Assembly (NCBI RefSeq): GCF_001194135.2
Contig: NC_068987.1
Location: 60,688,085 to 60,752,084 of the forward strand
From: Octopus bimaculoides
Taxonomy: Eukaryota
Reading direction: 5' to 3'
DNA: 64,000 nt
Of the stretch, positions 62,780 to 64,000 are shown one piece after another; positions within the stretch are counted from its first letter, which is position 1, and every line of letters begins with the position of its first letter. Below the pieces are notes generated by a model. That model had not been told where the DNA came from and did not search any database. It saw nothing but the letters and a program-made list of their open reading frames with translations. The translations under genes and the position numbers were made by a program.

Positions 62780-63150
62780 TTGGTCTAGCCATCTGGCCGT
62801 GAAGAGGAAAGAGACGGACATAATGCCCATTATAGTAAGATAGCAAATCTGCCTATCTACAATGAGAAACAAAGGGATAGTATCACAAATCTATTTAAAT
62901 CTAATTATATGGGGGGTGGGGATCCAGAGTTAATCCTCGTTGCCAGAATTTTAGTAAAAAAAAATCAAAGGTGATTTATTAATACAAAACTCAATATCCA
63001 CTAAATAATCATACTTTTCACATTTTTTTCACTAAAAACCTTCCTGATTACCTCCTTTGTAATCCCAAAAAACACATTGTGACCATTGGTTCAGCCGTTT
63101 GACCATTCAAAAGGAACAGACAGACATATAACGCCCATTATAGTAAGATT
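62780..63150 (+). mobile_element. Possible non-autonomous Helitron/Helentron-type (HINE/DINE-like) element with duplicated 3' end
   Basis: The motif CCATTGGT..AGCC.T.TG.CC...GA(C/G)AC(A/G)GACATA..A.GCCCATTATAGTAAGAT occurs at ~62780-62850 and ~63083-63150; no TIR or poly-A tail. Confidence 0.45.
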
Positions 63151-63304
63151 TGGATATGAAACAGCAAAAGAAATCAGTGCTGGCTATAATTTCTATAGAA
63201 AATCTATAGGGATAACCATAACAAGTGATGTAATAGCACTGCTAACATAAGTAGAACAGTATTGACTTATAAAAATGCTTAATATACTTTGTAGTGTATT
63301 ACGT

Positions 63305-63540
63305 GGAGGCGCATGTCTTAGTGGTTAGGGTGTCAGCATCATGATCGTAAGATTGCTGTTTCGATTCCTGGACTGGGCGACGCGTTGTGTTCTTGAGCAA
63401 AACACTTTATTTCACGTTGCTCCAGTCCACTCAGCTGGCAAAAATGAGTAACGCTGTGATGGACTGGTGTCCCGTCCAGCTGGGGAACACATACGCCATT
63501 GAAATCGGGGAAACTGGCCCCATGAGCCTGGCTAGGGCAT
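63305..63540 (+). mobile_element. tRNA-derived SINE with CORE-like motif (related to family C)
   Basis: GGAGGCGCATGTCTTAGTGGTTAGGG..GTTTCGATTCC..TTGAGCAAAACACTTTATTTCACGTTGCTCCAGTCCACTCAGCTG. Confidence 0.8.
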
Positions 63541-64000
63541 AACGAATATGGTGTCCCTACAAGTCATTGACATTTATTTATTTTTTTTTTCAGTTTCAAT
63601 AAAGTTTGAAATTAGAAACATAAGCTGAATATTTATGACAGATACCAGTATTTGACAGAATCAGTAAGGCTGGCTAACAAAATGATTCCCTCCATTCTTT
63701 TTCATTCTGAGTTCCGATACCATTTGTGTGAACTTTAAATTTCATCCTTCTGGATAAATATCTGTCAAATACATGGGTCAATTCTAATCAGTGTTTCTCC
63801 ATCCTTTCTCAATGTATGATCCTTGCTAGAAACCATTTATTATTTCCACTCTCACTTTATAGAAGTTTAGGTCTTTAGATTCTCTTATTTTCCATATCTT
63901 TAAATCCCTACCAGATATGTTTTCTTGACAGGATAATAAAAAAAGCCATTCTTTTTGCTTTTTACTGCCTTAAGATGAAAATGTGAGATAAAATGTCAAC

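Noticed and set aside
63305-63380. tRNA gene candidates (also 36390-36461, 18155-18225 and 58865-58935)
   Set aside because: A and B boxes are present, but the sequences run into SINE bodies and lack a complete acceptor stem.

Overview
AT-rich, repeat-dense animal genomic DNA. The repeat landscape (several tRNA-headed SINE families, RTE LINE tails ending in (GAT)n, many TA/CA microsatellites, N-gaps at TA runs) suggests a cephalopod, probably Octopus; this is inference from recalled repeat types, not a database match. The only host gene I can support is the 5' part of a TP53I11 (PIG11) orthologue on the + strand. It has a probable start-codon microexon (5540-5560), a 94-nt exon (12967-13060) and a 108-nt exon (60389-60496), joined in compatible phases across introns of about 7.4 kb and 47.3 kb. 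The spliced reading is [70 protein letters not shown]; the remaining exons are not in the window. Everything else is intronic or upstream repeat: SINEs, TTAA-flanked piggyBac-type MITEs, a hAT MITE, and decayed Tc1, mariner, RTE, CRE-like and R4-like fragments. The most interesting items are a tRNA-headed element carrying Penelope-type hammerhead ribozyme motifs, two long intronic hairpins just upstream of TP53I11 exons, candidate recursive splice sites, and a Tc1 relic with D-35-E spacing. No rRNA, true tRNA gene or CRISPR array is supported, and none of the listed ORFs is a real host gene. Repeat boundaries are approximate unless TIRs or TSDs are quoted.
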